Shown one piece after another: positions 20,406 through 30,433 of a stretch of 64,000 nt of DNA; within the stretch, counting starts at the first letter, position 1; each line of letters begins with the position of its first letter. Made by a program: the position numbers and the translations under genes. This DNA is from Candidatus Latescibacterota bacterium. Lineage in GTDB: Bacteria > Latescibacterota > UBA2968 > GCA-2709665. The DNA lies in the NCBI GenBank assembly GCA_963667175.2, contig CAXXXF010000003.1:224001-288000 (forward strand), in the 5' to 3' direction. The notes under the pieces were generated by a model. The model did no database searches, was not told the origin of the DNA, and worked only from the letters and a program-made list of their open reading frames with translations.

Positions 20406-22116
20406 TTAGAGTCTTACAGTAAGACTTCAACGCAAGATGCGTAGAAGTTTGTTCATGCTGCTTGGATAGGGTTTGTGTGCTTGTGGTATAGTGTCAGTGA
20501 AGTCGCGAGTGTGACGTGTCCGGCCTGTGTGACGCGCCATCTTCTGGACCGTGGGATTTTGGCGATCAGGCCTCGGACGTGTAGGCGTTTGAGAAGTCGG
20601 CTGACGGCGTTGGCCTGCCGTCGGCGCTGGTCGAGGGTTCTGGGTTGTTTGAAGAGGTGTTTTCGGATGTCCCGATTGCGGAAGCCCATCAGGGCGTGTT
20701 CGCCTTTCAGGACGGCGGTGAAGAGGTCGAGGTCGCGGGTGTCGGCGGGATTGAAGCCCCGATAGGTACGCCCCCTGTGCCTGCGTGGTCGGGCAAGTGT
20801 GGTGAGGCTGTGACGGCTCTTCGCGGTGTCTGGTGCTGCTGCCAGCGCATGAAGGTAGTGTTGGTTGGCCTTCAATGAGATTTCCCGATAGCGGTAGAGG
20901 TTGGCCACGCCTTTGGCCATGGGATACCAGCCCATCACGCGTTGTCCTTGGCGTATGCCCCAGCGGCGGACCTTGAACTGCCTTGGATGGTTGATCACTG
21001 TCTCTATGCGTAGTACGCGCCCGTGTTTGTCGTACATTTTTATCCAGTTCTCACACATCCGGTGTTTGACCCGTGCGCCGGGTTGGCGTTTGTTTTTGAA
21101 GTCCGTGAGGACTTCGCCCTGAAAGTTGCCGTGGAGTTTGCGTCCCAGGAAGGTCAGGATGTCCTGGGGGGAGAAGCACAGCAACCGTATGTCTGAGCAG
21201 ATTTTCATACAGCACCTTCAGGGCGTGGGGGCTTGTGAACATCACGTCGGTGGCGAACTCAGCCTGGTCAACGACCCAGTAATAGTCCATTCCCGAAAGC
21301 AGGTCTTTGAGCAGGGGGTTGACCCTGCGGGCAAGCCCGGAGAGAATGCGCGGCCAATTCTTCTCGACAAAACGATCGGCAAAGCGTTGCGCCCGGGCCA
21401 CGTCGTCGATCCATAGAAACGCGTTGTCTGCTTTTTCATAGGCAATGCCGTTTTTATCGAGCTTGCGCGCCAGGTATTCGTGGCCATTGAGACAGACCTG
21501 CACCACCAGGGGGAACCAGGACTGGATGCGGATATGCAGCAACCCGAACTCACGGTCGATATAGTAGAAGTAGTAGCACAGGCACTTCCGCCGGGCGTTG
21601 AGCAGGCGAGGCCTTCCTTCCCCTGGAACCAGCTTGAAACTCTGACAGCCTTCCACGGCGCGGAACACACAGACCAGGCCGCGGGTGATCCCATCTCGTT
21701 GGGCGATGCGTCGCGCTTCCTCCTCTTTCCTGACGGTGTTGCGGTCGAGATAGAGGAACGGGCGCTTGTGCCTGCTCGCCACCGCCTCCGCGTGGGCTTT
21801 GATCGTTTTGGAATGCGACGTCACAAAACGCTTGAAGTCCTTCAACAAAAAACCCTGATTACCCATGAAACGCTCCATCGCATTGCCAAATCCCAGCGGC
21901 AGGTACCCCTTGAACAAAACCCGATCAAAACACGATACCACGCCACTGATTTTTTCATTATATTGGTCCACGAAGTCGTTCACGGCGTTCCTCCTTGGGT
22001 TGATGGCGGTTGGGACCACCATCATAAAGGACGAACGCCGTTTTTCATACCACAAAACAAACTGCTCTTGACTACCACCTTTTTGGTTGCGGCTGAGCAA
22101 AGCGAAGCCGCCTTAG
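20406..22116 (-). mobile_element. IS-like element with asymmetric hairpin ends, flanked by CTAA on the coding strand
   Basis: TTAG at 20406-20409 and 22113-22116. 5' stem GCGGCT/AGCCGC; 3' ACGCA-tct-TGCGT and GTCTTAC-t-GTAAGAC palindromes. The ends are defined by comparison with the mini copy. Confidence 0.7.
20453..21983 (-). pseudogene. ~509 aa putative transposase with C-terminal wHTH, one +1 frameshift near 21185
   Basis: GTG start at 21983 with an AAGGAGG RBS. Motifs FDRVLFKGYL, YYFYYIDREFG, LNGHEYLAR, QAEFATDVMF, IKMYDKHGRVLRIET and GFRNRDIR..LKRLHVRGLI. Deleting one G restores HTLLCFSPQDILTFLG. Confidence 0.65.
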
Positions 22117-22133
22117 GATGACAAGCGAAACAA

Positions 22134-24230
22134 TCACTCCGGTGCGATCTGAAGGGCATGGCGAATTATTGCCACGGCCGCAGGAATCTGTTGTTTCTCC
22201 CGTACATCGATGTACACGCCGCAATCCCTATGGACTACGTTGGGCAGAAACTTCCATTGAGTTACATCTCCCGCTATCTCTTCCGGATCGTATGCTTCCT
22301 CAAAGTCGATGGGAACGAGGATTCTAACGTACCCGGACATTGGCAATGTTTCTGAAACAAAGTTCGCAGATCCATCGTAGTAACAAAGCGACTTACGTTC
22401 CACCACCTCGACACATTCGCTCATCTGTCTTATCGAATCTTGGACATCGTGCATTAACGATCGTACGCTGCTGTGCATTTCTAGGTTGTCCAGGGTCTTC
22501 TCAGCAGATTTAGACCGTAGTTCACGCAATTTGTCTTCTGCTACCATCTTTGTGTCAGCCCCGTGGTTCGGCCAGATTTCGACTGCACGTCTCGCGAGTA
22601 ACTGACCTCTCTCTTGTATTTCATTGACGGTCCACCGCACCTGTTGACCAACGAAACTGTTCAGTCGCAGCGGGCTCTCCGCGAATCCACCCGTAATGGA
22701 CTTCTTTTCGTGGAATGGCCTGTTTGAATACGTACTGTTGTACGCCGTGAGCGTCAGGTTGCCCAGCCGGTTCACCCACGACGAGTGGTTAATCTCCCAA
22801 TCTTCTCCCAGCATTTTTCGCCATTCAGGCACGTCAACGATCGTTTGTGGCATTATGTGTTCGACAGAATACTCTCGGGTCGGGCTGGGCTCTTTGTATC
22901 CGGCATTCTCGAGTTGCGAAAGGATGTGCCAACACACACGAAGGCTGTAAAGATCCCGTTCTTGAACAGCCGTTTCAAATTCCTGGTCAGACGGAAATCT
23001 ATAGCTCTGTCTGGCCAATGCAACCCTTAAGGATGCCAATGGATTGTCGTCATCGATCGAATGTGCCATCCGAGCAAACACGGACCAATAATTGCGAGTC
23101 TGCAGTTGCAAGACCGACCTCCTGACGAGGAAGCTCTCAATCAGATTTAACGCTGTCACGAAATCATCTGGCTCGAGTGAATTTTTCTGGTAACATTCGT
23201 AGAGACGCATAACCAGCGTAGCGTGAACCACGACTCCCAACTGTCTCCCTTGTATCATCGCTTCTTTGATAGACCCGTTTTCGATTCGTTCTGGTTTCAA
23301 GAAGTACGCGTAGTAGCGTGCGGACCGAACCATGTCTTCGAAGCGGTCGTCAAGCGATTCGTTCCGTCGCGTTTGCCAAAATTCCTTGAATTCAGTATAG
23401 ATTCGATCCGAGCGTATCTGGATGTTGGTCTTTCGTTTTATCGCAACGAAATCGCGTAGAAACGCATCAGGGCTATTTCCAGCATCTCGGAATAACGTCT
23501 CAATTTCGCTCCAATGTTTTTCATACATCCGCGTCTGCTCGGGTTCAGGCAAACCCATGAGCAAGTAATTGCGTATCAAGTCGCTCTCTGTAAGGTCAAC
23601 GCCGGTAGAGTTCAAACTTTCGAAGACAAGCTGAGGATTGTCTATATGGCGTTCGAGTCTGACGTCGACAACATTCAGTAGCCTGATCCCTCGGTAGATT
23701 TCAGCGATATCACCATCGCATGAGTTCAACTGACTCAGGAAAAATTCGTACGCATCGACTATCATTTCCGACCGATCTGTCACATCGTCAGGGTTATTGC
23801 CATCCAACAATGCCCTCAAAGTTTCGTCATCGTGGCGTCGTAGCGCAAGTTTGTATTGCCGGCTTCCCGGCTCGTGGATATTCTTCAAATAGTACGCATC
23901 AATCCGATCGGATGTCGGATCATCCCCGTGCCAATCGGTTTCGACGATGTGGTCGCGCACTGCCGCTAGCAGGAGAGACAGTGTTGTCAACCGCTGTTGA
24001 CCGTCGATCACCAGCCATTTTGTGAAAGCGGCACCGCCAACATCACCTTCAGCGTAGACAAACGACCCCAAGAAATGGGCATCATCACCGTTCCGGCCAG
24101 TGCGTAGAACATCATCCCAAAATTGTTGGCACTGTTCAGTTGTCCAACTGTAGTCGCGTTGGAACACAGGGATAATGAACTGGTGATCACCGTTGATAAC
24201 TTTAACAAATGGATTTTTCACCACTTGCAT
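22134..24230 (-). CDS. GmrSD-type (DUF262 + DUF1524/HNH) modification-dependent restriction endonuclease with C-terminal extension
   Basis: IPVFQRDYSW, IDGQQRLTT, VFESLNSTG, SVEHIMPQ and RLGNLTLT motifs; GGAGG RBS before ATG 24230. Confidence 0.9.
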   Translation of the reverse strand: MQVVKNPFVKVINGDHQFIIPVFQRDYSWTTEQCQQFWDDVLRTGRNGDDAHFLGSFVYAEGDVGGAAFTKWLVIDGQQRLTTLSLLLAAVRDHIVETDWHGDDPTSDRIDAYYLKNIHEPGSRQYKLALRRHDDETLRALLDGNNPDDVTDRSEMIVDAYEFFLSQLNSCDGDIAEIYRGIRLLNVVDVRLERHIDNPQLVFESLNSTGVDLTESDLIRNYLLMGLPEPEQTRMYEKHWSEIETLFRDAGNSPDAFLRDFVAIKRKTNIQIRSDRIYTEFKEFWQTRRNESLDDRFEDMVRSARYYAYFLKPERIENGSIKEAMIQGRQLGVVVHATLVMRLYECYQKNSLEPDDFVTALNLIESFLVRRSVLQLQTRNYWSVFARMAHSIDDDNPLASLRVALARQSYRFPSDQEFETAVQERDLYSLRVCWHILSQLENAGYKEPSPTREYSVEHIMPQTIVDVPEWRKMLGEDWEINHSSWVNRLGNLTLTAYNSTYSNRPFHEKKSITGGFAESPLRLNSFVGQQVRWTVNEIQERGQLLARRAVEIWPNHGADTKMVAEDKLRELRSKSAEKTLDNLEMHSSVRSLMHDVQDSIRQMSECVEVVERKSLCYYDGSANFVSETLPMSGYVRILVPIDFEEAYDPEEIAGDVTQWKFLPNVVHRDCGVYIDVREKQQIPAAVAIIRHALQIAPE

Positions 24231-24607
24231 CGTTTCCTCCGAGTCTCCGGGAATTCGCATGTGTAAGGTTGATCAAGGAATCATAAACCGATAAATTTTG
24301 CGGGCAGGATGAAGCCCTCTTCAGTGCCCGTACCAACACTCCGCAGCCAGAACTGAGCAAAACGAAACCTGGGTCCGCTGAACGAGTGTGACTGTGGCAC
24401 AGAGTACGGGAATGATGCCCCCAAACTTTCTTACACTTCGAATTTCCTACCGGTTATTGTTCTACTCCGAACCATTCCCTTCCGTTCCCGCGATCGATGT
24501 GGCCTCCTGCAGGGAATCCCCTATCGAAAGAACGTCGCGCTGGAGTGGGAGACCAGCGCCCGGGGAAAATGGTTTGGGCTGCTGTTTTTCGGAGTTTTGG
24601 AAATGGT

Positions 24608-24970
24608 TCATTCGTCAGGCGATTCAGGCTCATGATCGACCAGTAATTTTTCGACGTCGGTATAGAGACTGTCCAGGTTTTCTTCAATAATGCCCCACAC
24701 GATTGTGTGATCGATACTGTTGTAATCATGTGCGAGTATATTCCTGAATGAAATGATACTGCGATGATCCCTTATTCTATTCAGTAATTGTGGATTATTC
24801 CGTTTCATTTTGTTCATGGCTTCACCGATTATTTCGAACTTTCGTTCGACACCACTCTTGAGCAGTTCGTCGTCTCGGTAATCATCATAGGTCTTGTCCT
24901 GGACAAACTTGAGGATTGCCGAGGCCGCATCTTTGATGTCATAGAGATATTTGAGTATCTCAGCGTCCAT
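24608..24970 (-). CDS. HepT-like HEPN RNase toxin (DUF86)
   Basis: VERKFEIIGEA and FRNILAHDY (RX4HXY) motifs; overlaps the MNT gene. Confidence 0.9.
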   Translation of the reverse strand: MDAEILKYLYDIKDAASAILKFVQDKTYDDYRDDELLKSGVERKFEIIGEAMNKMKRNNPQLLNRIRDHRSIISFRNILAHDYNSIDHTIVWGIIEENLDSLYTDVEKLLVDHEPESPDE

Positions 24971-25256
24971 AGATGTTCACCCTTTCGTCAAGGATGCTGC
25001 GACGAAAGTAGGGGTTCTTGAGTCCGTTGAATGTAAGCAGATCAACTCTGCAATTCAGCTTGTCCTCAAGATGGTGAAGAAGCCCGAAAAACCTCTTCGA
25101 AGGCAGCGTCGCAGGGTCTTCAAACTCCACAATTAGATCCACGTCGCTGATAGCAGTCCCCTGGTCTCGGCTCAGAGATCCAAAGAGGTCCAATCTTTTC
25201 ACCCTGAATTCCCGACACGCCGGTTCTGCGATTTCTCTTATTTTCTCTATTGTCAC
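24960..25256 (-). CDS. MntA-like minimal nucleotidyltransferase antitoxin
   Basis: LFGSLSR.....SDVDLIVEF (GSX10DXD) and VDLLT motifs. Confidence 0.9.
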   Translation of the reverse strand: MTIEKIREIAEPACREFRVKRLDLFGSLSRDQGTAISDVDLIVEFEDPATLPSKRFFGLLHHLEDKLNCRVDLLTFNGLKNPYFRRSILDERVNIYGR

Positions 25257-25300
25257 CGGCAGGAATCTCCTAACCCCATTAATTCATGAAACGGAACAAA

Positions 25301-25410
25301 CATGGATGGACAGGATGGACAGGATGAAAACCAAAAAGCGCGACAAAGGCACGAGAAAACGAACATCAGAAACTACGAAACACGCGAAAAATACGAAAAA
25401 TCCGTGGTTG
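25301..25410 (+). repeat. catggatggacaggat 9-mer-periodic intergenic repeat (copies also at 32198, 33451, 33580, 35826)
   Basis: atggacagg tandem units followed by acgaaa-type 9-mer units. aaaaccaaaaagcgcgacaaa is shared with the copy at 32198-32290. Confidence 0.75.
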
Positions 25411-25709
25411 AAGCTAATTGCCACAAGAGACGCAAGACGACAATGTTGCACGTCAGCCCGACACCCCAACATTACGCCGGCCAACTCGACTTTGGACGAA
25501 TCAAGGTTCTCGTTATATTCTCCATTCATGTTATTGAAAATCAACCGATTATACGAAAAATCCACGGGTTTTCATGAATAATTCAGGCTAATTGAGGTAA
25601 AGATACTATACCCATTAAGATACGCGAATCGACGCAAACTGTCACGCACAATTCTTCCATTCAGTCGCGATATCATCCTGCCGTGGAATTCCATCAATAG
25701 GGGCGTGCG

Positions 25710-28700
25710 ATGGCCGAGCGAAAGATCGACAGGCTGAAACAGATGCGCCTGACCACGGACCTCAGGGACGGCGCGGAGATCGTGGCGCCGGCGGACCCGG
25801 ACTGGGCGCCTCTCGGCAGGCGGCTTCAGGAGATGGTCCGCGCGCATGCGGGCGTGGTCCTGCCTGTCGTGGATCCGGCCGGCCTGCCGCCCCTGCCCGA
25901 GGGCCGGCACCGCGTCCTGCTGGGCAACGCGATGGTCAACGGTTCGATCATGGCCCTGTACCGGCGGCAATACACGTTTTTGGACGAGTTCTATCCGGGA
26001 GGGGACGGGTACGCGGTCCGGACGGTGCACAACCCCGAGAATTGCGGCCGCAACGTCTTGCTGGTCGGCGCAAGCAGCCTGGAAGGCGCGGCCGCGGCGC
26101 TCGAGGCGCTGGAGGGGATTCTGGAGGAGACGCGGGGGCGTCTGGGGTACACCAATCTGTCGCGGTCGGAGGTCCACGAAACGCTCCTGCCGGAGATGAC
26201 GCCGGATGCGTTCCGGGCGTGGGTGGCGGAGATGTACCGGGACAACCTCAGCTATTACCCGGTCGAGCAGGGGACGTTCCTGGGGCTGGTCCACCATCTG
26301 ACGAACGATCCCGGCTGCGCCCGGATGTTCCGGGACGCCCTGTTCTACTACGAGGACCTGGTGAGGAACCGCTACGGGGGGAACTGGCTGTTCGAGCATA
26401 TGCTGTTCATCTATTCGTGGGCGTGGCGGCTGTTCATGGTCTGGGATCTCATCGAGGAGAGCGATGCGTTTACGGACGCGGAGCGCCTCCGCGTCACAAA
26501 CGTGTTGTGGGGGCTCGCGAATTACGTGGCCGGCACCCGTTATTTTCAGGGCGAGGCGCCGCCCCCGCTGGAGATCCGGCAGAACCACTGGACGTTCGCG
26601 GGGTTGAGCGGGTCGTTCTGCGCGCGGTATTTCGAGGCGTATTACGGGGTCGGGGAATTCGAGAAGCAGATCCGGTTCTCGCGGGCGGTTTTCGACGGTC
26701 AGGCGGACAGCTACAAGCCGAACGACGACGCGGGGGGCGGCTGGTGGGGCTACTGCTGGCTGGCGCCTTATCACCAGGTAATCTACGATCTGAAGCGAGA
26801 CGACTTCCGTTTCCTGGAGAACGGCCAGCTCCGGGCCTTTGCCGATTACGGCATCCAGGTGACGGACAATCTCGGCGTTCCGGTGAGCTTCGGCGATATG
26901 TGGTCCTATATCGAGAAGGGTCGCTACGCGATGGCTCTCAAGAACAAGACCATCTCGCTCGAGCTGGCAATGGCCCTGTGTACGGCTTCATGGTACTATG
27001 AGGACGGGAGCTACCTGTGGGCGCTGGACTGGATGGGCGGCGCGCCGTATCCGGGCTGTTTCTACCGGGCGCTGCCGAAGCGGCCGCCCGACAGGTTGGC
27101 CGGGACTTCGATCGCGCCGTTCAACCGGTCGCTCTACGACTGGGTGGAGCGACACGCGCCTGGAGGAGCGAACGTGCCGATGGAAGAAGCGTTCGACAAG
27201 CTGGTCCTGCGCGGCGGGTTCGACAGAGACGACGAGTACCTGCTGCTGGACGGCACGTCGACGTTCGCGCACGGGCACGAGGACGGCAACTCGATCGAGC
27301 GGCTGACGTGGAAGGGGCGGATGTGGCTGGCGGAACTGGACTACATCTGGAAACGGCCCCGACACCACTGTTCGGTCGTGTCGATCTGCGGCGGCGAAAC
27401 CGCCCCGATGCCGCCGCTGGTGGCATTGAAATGGGCGGAGGCGTTCGGAGCGACCTCGTTGACGCGCACGGTTGCGCCGGAATATAACGGCCTGGACTGG
27501 ACGCGGGACATCTTCTGGGTGAAGGGCCGGTTCTTTGTGGTTGCGGACTCGCTCAGGCTGCTTCGGGACGCGGATTACGATCTCAGGTGCCTCTGGCGGA
27601 CCCTTGGCGACGTCCGGCATGACGGTCGCGAGTTGACCGTGGAACAGGAGGGAGTACACTTCCGGATTCTGAACGCGGACGATTCGGATGCGTCTCTTCT
27701 GACGGAGGAAGCCCGGGTTGCCGGAACCGACCCATACGAATTGTACCCGCACACGGACGGCCCGATCCGGATCTTCAGCCAGCACAAGGCGCTGCATGGC
27801 CGTCCCGGAGACGTGGAGCGATTCTTCAACCTGATGGTGGCGGGATCGCAGGCGGAGGTCGATGCATGGCGAATCGAACGGATCGGCGAGGGTTTGGCGA
27901 AGGTGGTCCATCCCGACGGGTCCACTGTCTTCGGCGTCCTCGATGAGGAGCTAATGATCGGTGACCTGAGGATTGCCGCCGAGGTCTTCGCGCTGACCGA
28001 AACGTCTGTGGTGCTGCTCGACGCGACGGGTTTCCAGACGGATGGCGGCCTCTTCGAGAGCGAGGCCCCGGTGCATCTGGTTCTTTATCCCGGTGCGGGA
28101 CGCGGCGAGGTCCGGTTAAACGAGTCGACCCGGGCGCGGATGGACGGACTTCGAATCGACGGGATGGCGGACCCCATACCGGACAGCCTTCCGGCCGGGA
28201 CGTACGGGATCAGCATCGAAACCGGGCTCGTGGACGTACTTCGCGAGGCGGTCCGGTCCGGCGCGCCATACGCACATCGGAGAGCGCCGAGAGTACACGG
28301 ATTCGTCCCGAAGGATACGCCGATCGCGCGTCACTGGGAGGCGCAGGTCGGGGGACCGGTCCGATGCGTCGACGTGAGGGGCGAATCGACGGCCGCCGGC
28401 GCGGCCGGAGGACAGGTGAGATTGCTGGACCGGGAGGGGCGGGTCCGGTGGACGCGCGAGACCGGCGCCGAGGTTCGCGCCGTGCATCTCACCGACCTGG
28501 ACGAAGGACGGCTTCTGGCCGGCGGACGGGACCGCGCGTTGACGATGTTCGATGCCAACGGAGGCGTTTGCTGGAAACGGTCGTTTTCGGAGTCCCACGG
28601 CGTGGACCAGAACGTGAACGCGGTGACGACGGCGGACCTGACCGGAGACGGAAACCCGGTGATCCTGGCGGCGACGGACGGGTGGCTCGTGTGGGCGCTG

Positions 28701-29357
28701 GCGCCGGATGGAGAGGAGGTCTGGCAGCGGCAGATCGAACACCACGCCGCCCGCACCCTGGTGGTCGGCGACGTGGAGGGCGACGGAATGCAGGAGATTC
28801 TGGTGGGCGCCGAGTACTATACGTCCAATCTGCTGGAGGCCGACGGGAGGATCCGGTGGACGGTGAACGGAGGCCCCTGCTTCGCGGCGCTGGCCCTCGC
28901 GGACCTGAATGGCGACGGGGTGAAGGAATCCGTCTACGGGGCCATGGATGGAAACGTCTACGCGGTGGATTCGAACTCCGGAAAGATCCTCTGGACGGCC
29001 AACCTGGGGGACGACGTGCGCCACGGCGTAACGGTTGGCGGGAACGGATTTGCGGCGGGGAGCCAGAGCGGTCACGTCGCGCTGCTGAACGGTGCTGGAG
29101 AGAAGCGCTGGCGACGGGACCTGGACGGAGGCGTGACCGGACTGGCCCTTCTCGAGGCCGACGGCGAGGAGATGATCGGGGCGGGGACCTCCGACGGTTG
29201 GATCGTGTTTCTGTCGCTTGACGGAGAAGTCGTCTGCAGCCACCGCATGGAATCCGGGGTGACCGTGTTGTCCCGCCTGTCGCCGCTCGGAGAGCCCGGA
29301 CTCCTGGTGGGAACTGACGGCGGCGCTGTGAGCGCGTTCAGCCCCGTTCTCGCATAG
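25710..29357 (+). CDS. heparinase II/III-like + beta-propeller protein, paralog 4
   Basis: YPGGDGYAVRT, RQNHW, FDKLVLRGGF..EYLLLDG..FAHGHEDGNSI (HxHxD motif of the Hepar_II_III domain), and ADLTGDG/GDVEGDG/ADLNGDG propeller repeats. Confidence 0.68.
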   Translation: MAERKIDRLKQMRLTTDLRDGAEIVAPADPDWAPLGRRLQEMVRAHAGVVLPVVDPAGLPPLPEGRHRVLLGNAMVNGSIMALYRRQYTFLDEFYPGGDGYAVRTVHNPENCGRNVLLVGASSLEGAAAALEALEGILEETRGRLGYTNLSRSEVHETLLPEMTPDAFRAWVAEMYRDNLSYYPVEQGTFLGLVHHLTNDPGCARMFRDALFYYEDLVRNRYGGNWLFEHMLFIYSWAWRLFMVWDLIEESDAFTDAERLRVTNVLWGLANYVAGTRYFQGEAPPPLEIRQNHWTFAGLSGSFCARYFEAYYGVGEFEKQIRFSRAVFDGQADSYKPNDDAGGGWWGYCWLAPYHQVIYDLKRDDFRFLENGQLRAFADYGIQVTDNLGVPVSFGDMWSYIEKGRYAMALKNKTISLELAMALCTASWYYEDGSYLWALDWMGGAPYPGCFYRALPKRPPDRLAGTSIAPFNRSLYDWVERHAPGGANVPMEEAFDKLVLRGGFDRDDEYLLLDGTSTFAHGHEDGNSIERLTWKGRMWLAELDYIWKRPRHHCSVVSICGGETAPMPPLVALKWAEAFGATSLTRTVAPEYNGLDWTRDIFWVKGRFFVVADSLRLLRDADYDLRCLWRTLGDVRHDGRELTVEQEGVHFRILNADDSDASLLTEEARVAGTDPYELYPHTDGPIRIFSQHKALHGRPGDVERFFNLMVAGSQAEVDAWRIERIGEGLAKVVHPDGSTVFGVLDEELMIGDLRIAAEVFALTETSVVLLDATGFQTDGGLFESEAPVHLVLYPGAGRGEVRLNESTRARMDGLRIDGMADPIPDSLPAGTYGISIETGLVDVLREAVRSGAPYAHRRAPRVHGFVPKDTPIARHWEAQVGGPVRCVDVRGESTAAGAAGGQVRLLDREGRVRWTRETGAEVRAVHLTDLDEGRLLAGGRDRALTMFDANGGVCWKRSFSESHGVDQNVNAVTTADLTGDGNPVILAATDGWLVWALAPDGEEVWQRQIEHHAARTLVVGDVEGDGMQEILVGAEYYTSNLLEADGRIRWTVNGGPCFAALALADLNGDGVKESVYGAMDGNVYAVDSNSGKILWTANLGDDVRHGVTVGGNGFAAGSQSGHVALLNGAGEKRWRRDLDGGVTGLALLEADGEEMIGAGTSDGWIVFLSLDGEVVCSHRMESGVTVLSRLSPLGEPGLLVGTDGGAVSAFSPVLA

Positions 29358-29494
29358 ACGAGAACGTCTCCTTTGACGAATTGAAGGGTACGTCGCGGGG
29401 TCTTCATTCTGCGTTGAGGAGATAGCGATTGTCGAGCCTGGAACAGAGTTAAAACTGTTGACAATTGACACAATTCGGCTATATTTTCGCGGCA

Positions 29495-29618
29495 GGGAGT
29501 CGCAGAATCCGAGCCGTCAGGCAACGGCTGATGCGGTGGGGGGATTCCAACACGTGAACGTGAGTAAACTGCGCGAATAAACACGCACGCATTTTGCGTT
29601 GAAGTCTTACTGTAAGAT
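29495..29618 (+). mobile_element. truncated third copy of the mini element (3' end only)
   Basis: gggagtcgcagaa.ccgagccg...gctgatgcggtgggg...acgcattttgcgttgaagtcttactgtaagat matches 20164-20288. Confidence 0.65.
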
Positions 29619-29908
29619 CACACCTGTCCAAAATCGGTTTCAGTCTTGGACAGCATCTGATTCACTTTCTCGAAGCAATCCATCGACCAAGATCGCCTGA
29701 GATTCACAAAGTGCTTATTTCACGGGCTTATTGAGACGGAAACAGCACAGTTATGGCCGCTGGAAACGTCACCTTGTTCTTGGACAGCATTGCGCAGACG
29801 ATGGCAAACCTGGTTTTCATTATCTGGGTCAAACCCGTCCAAAATCGCCTATTGAAGCCATTTTTCGGACCTTATCTCTGGGAATCCGACGGTTCTTGGA
29901 CAGCAGTG
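29619..29908. mobile_element. 290-bp MITE with imperfect TIRs and 9-bp target duplication
   Basis: ctgtaagat is duplicated at 29610-29618 and 29909-29917. Left end cacacctgtccaaaatcg versus reverse complement of the right end cactgctgtccaagaacc. Confidence 0.7.
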
Positions 29909-29983
29909 CTGTAAGATGATAATTTCAGGTCATTTTCTGCATTTTTTCGAACATGCATACCTTCTTTAGATGAGTATTACAAC

Positions 29984-30433
29984 ATGGAATACAGAAACGG
30001 TGATTTTCGCGGGCAACACCCAAAGGCTATCGACGTGGGAGTTGACGAGTCTGTCGCCGGCGATGCGGGTGGCATCGATGGCATTGTTGAGGATGCAAAG
30101 CAACGGCTATTTGCTTTAGAAGCCGATTGGGATGGCGAAGCGTCTCCTGTCTTCGATGAAATTACGGTTAAAACCGCCATAGATTTTGTCCATGAATTGT
30201 CTCTTCAAGTCAATGGCGAGAACCTTGCGAAGGACATGGAGATTTTACCGGCAAGCGCGGGAAGCGTAGACCTTCATTGGCAAACACCCCATTTCGAACT
30301 CCTGGTTGTATTTCACGCCGACGGCTCATCTTCGTTTTACGGAGATAACTGCCATGGCGAAAGATCTATTCAGGGCGAACAAAGACCCGATCCTGAGGAG
30401 ATCGCGCGCTGGATGGAGGACTTGAATGCGTAA
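29984..30433 (+). CDS. acidic hypothetical protein (putative antitoxin/partner)
   Basis: 149 aa ORF in a lower-GC patch, WDGEASP...PASAGSVDLHW...F.ADG...FY; overlaps the next ORF by 8 nt. Confidence 0.6.
   Translation: MEYRNGDFRGQHPKAIDVGVDESVAGDAGGIDGIVEDAKQRLFALEADWDGEASPVFDEITVKTAIDFVHELSLQVNGENLAKDMEILPASAGSVDLHWQTPHFELLVVFHADGSSSFYGDNCHGERSIQGEQRPDPEEIARWMEDLNA

Noticed and set aside
20074-22117. A single classical IS bounded by 36-bp terminal inverted repeats
   Set aside because: There is no flanking target duplication, and a second inverted pair (20245-20293 vs 20406-20454) lies inside. Two tail-to-tail elements with asymmetric ends explain both pairs better.
25284-25581. Small ORFs over the 9-mer repeats (also 32198..32419, 35827..36087)
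   Set aside because: Their translations (MDGQD..., MDRMDRM...) simply reflect the repeat's ATGs; there is no independent coding evidence.
19740-25600. Integron cassette array
   Set aside because: There is no integrase, and I could not identify attC-type R''/R' boxes between the genes.
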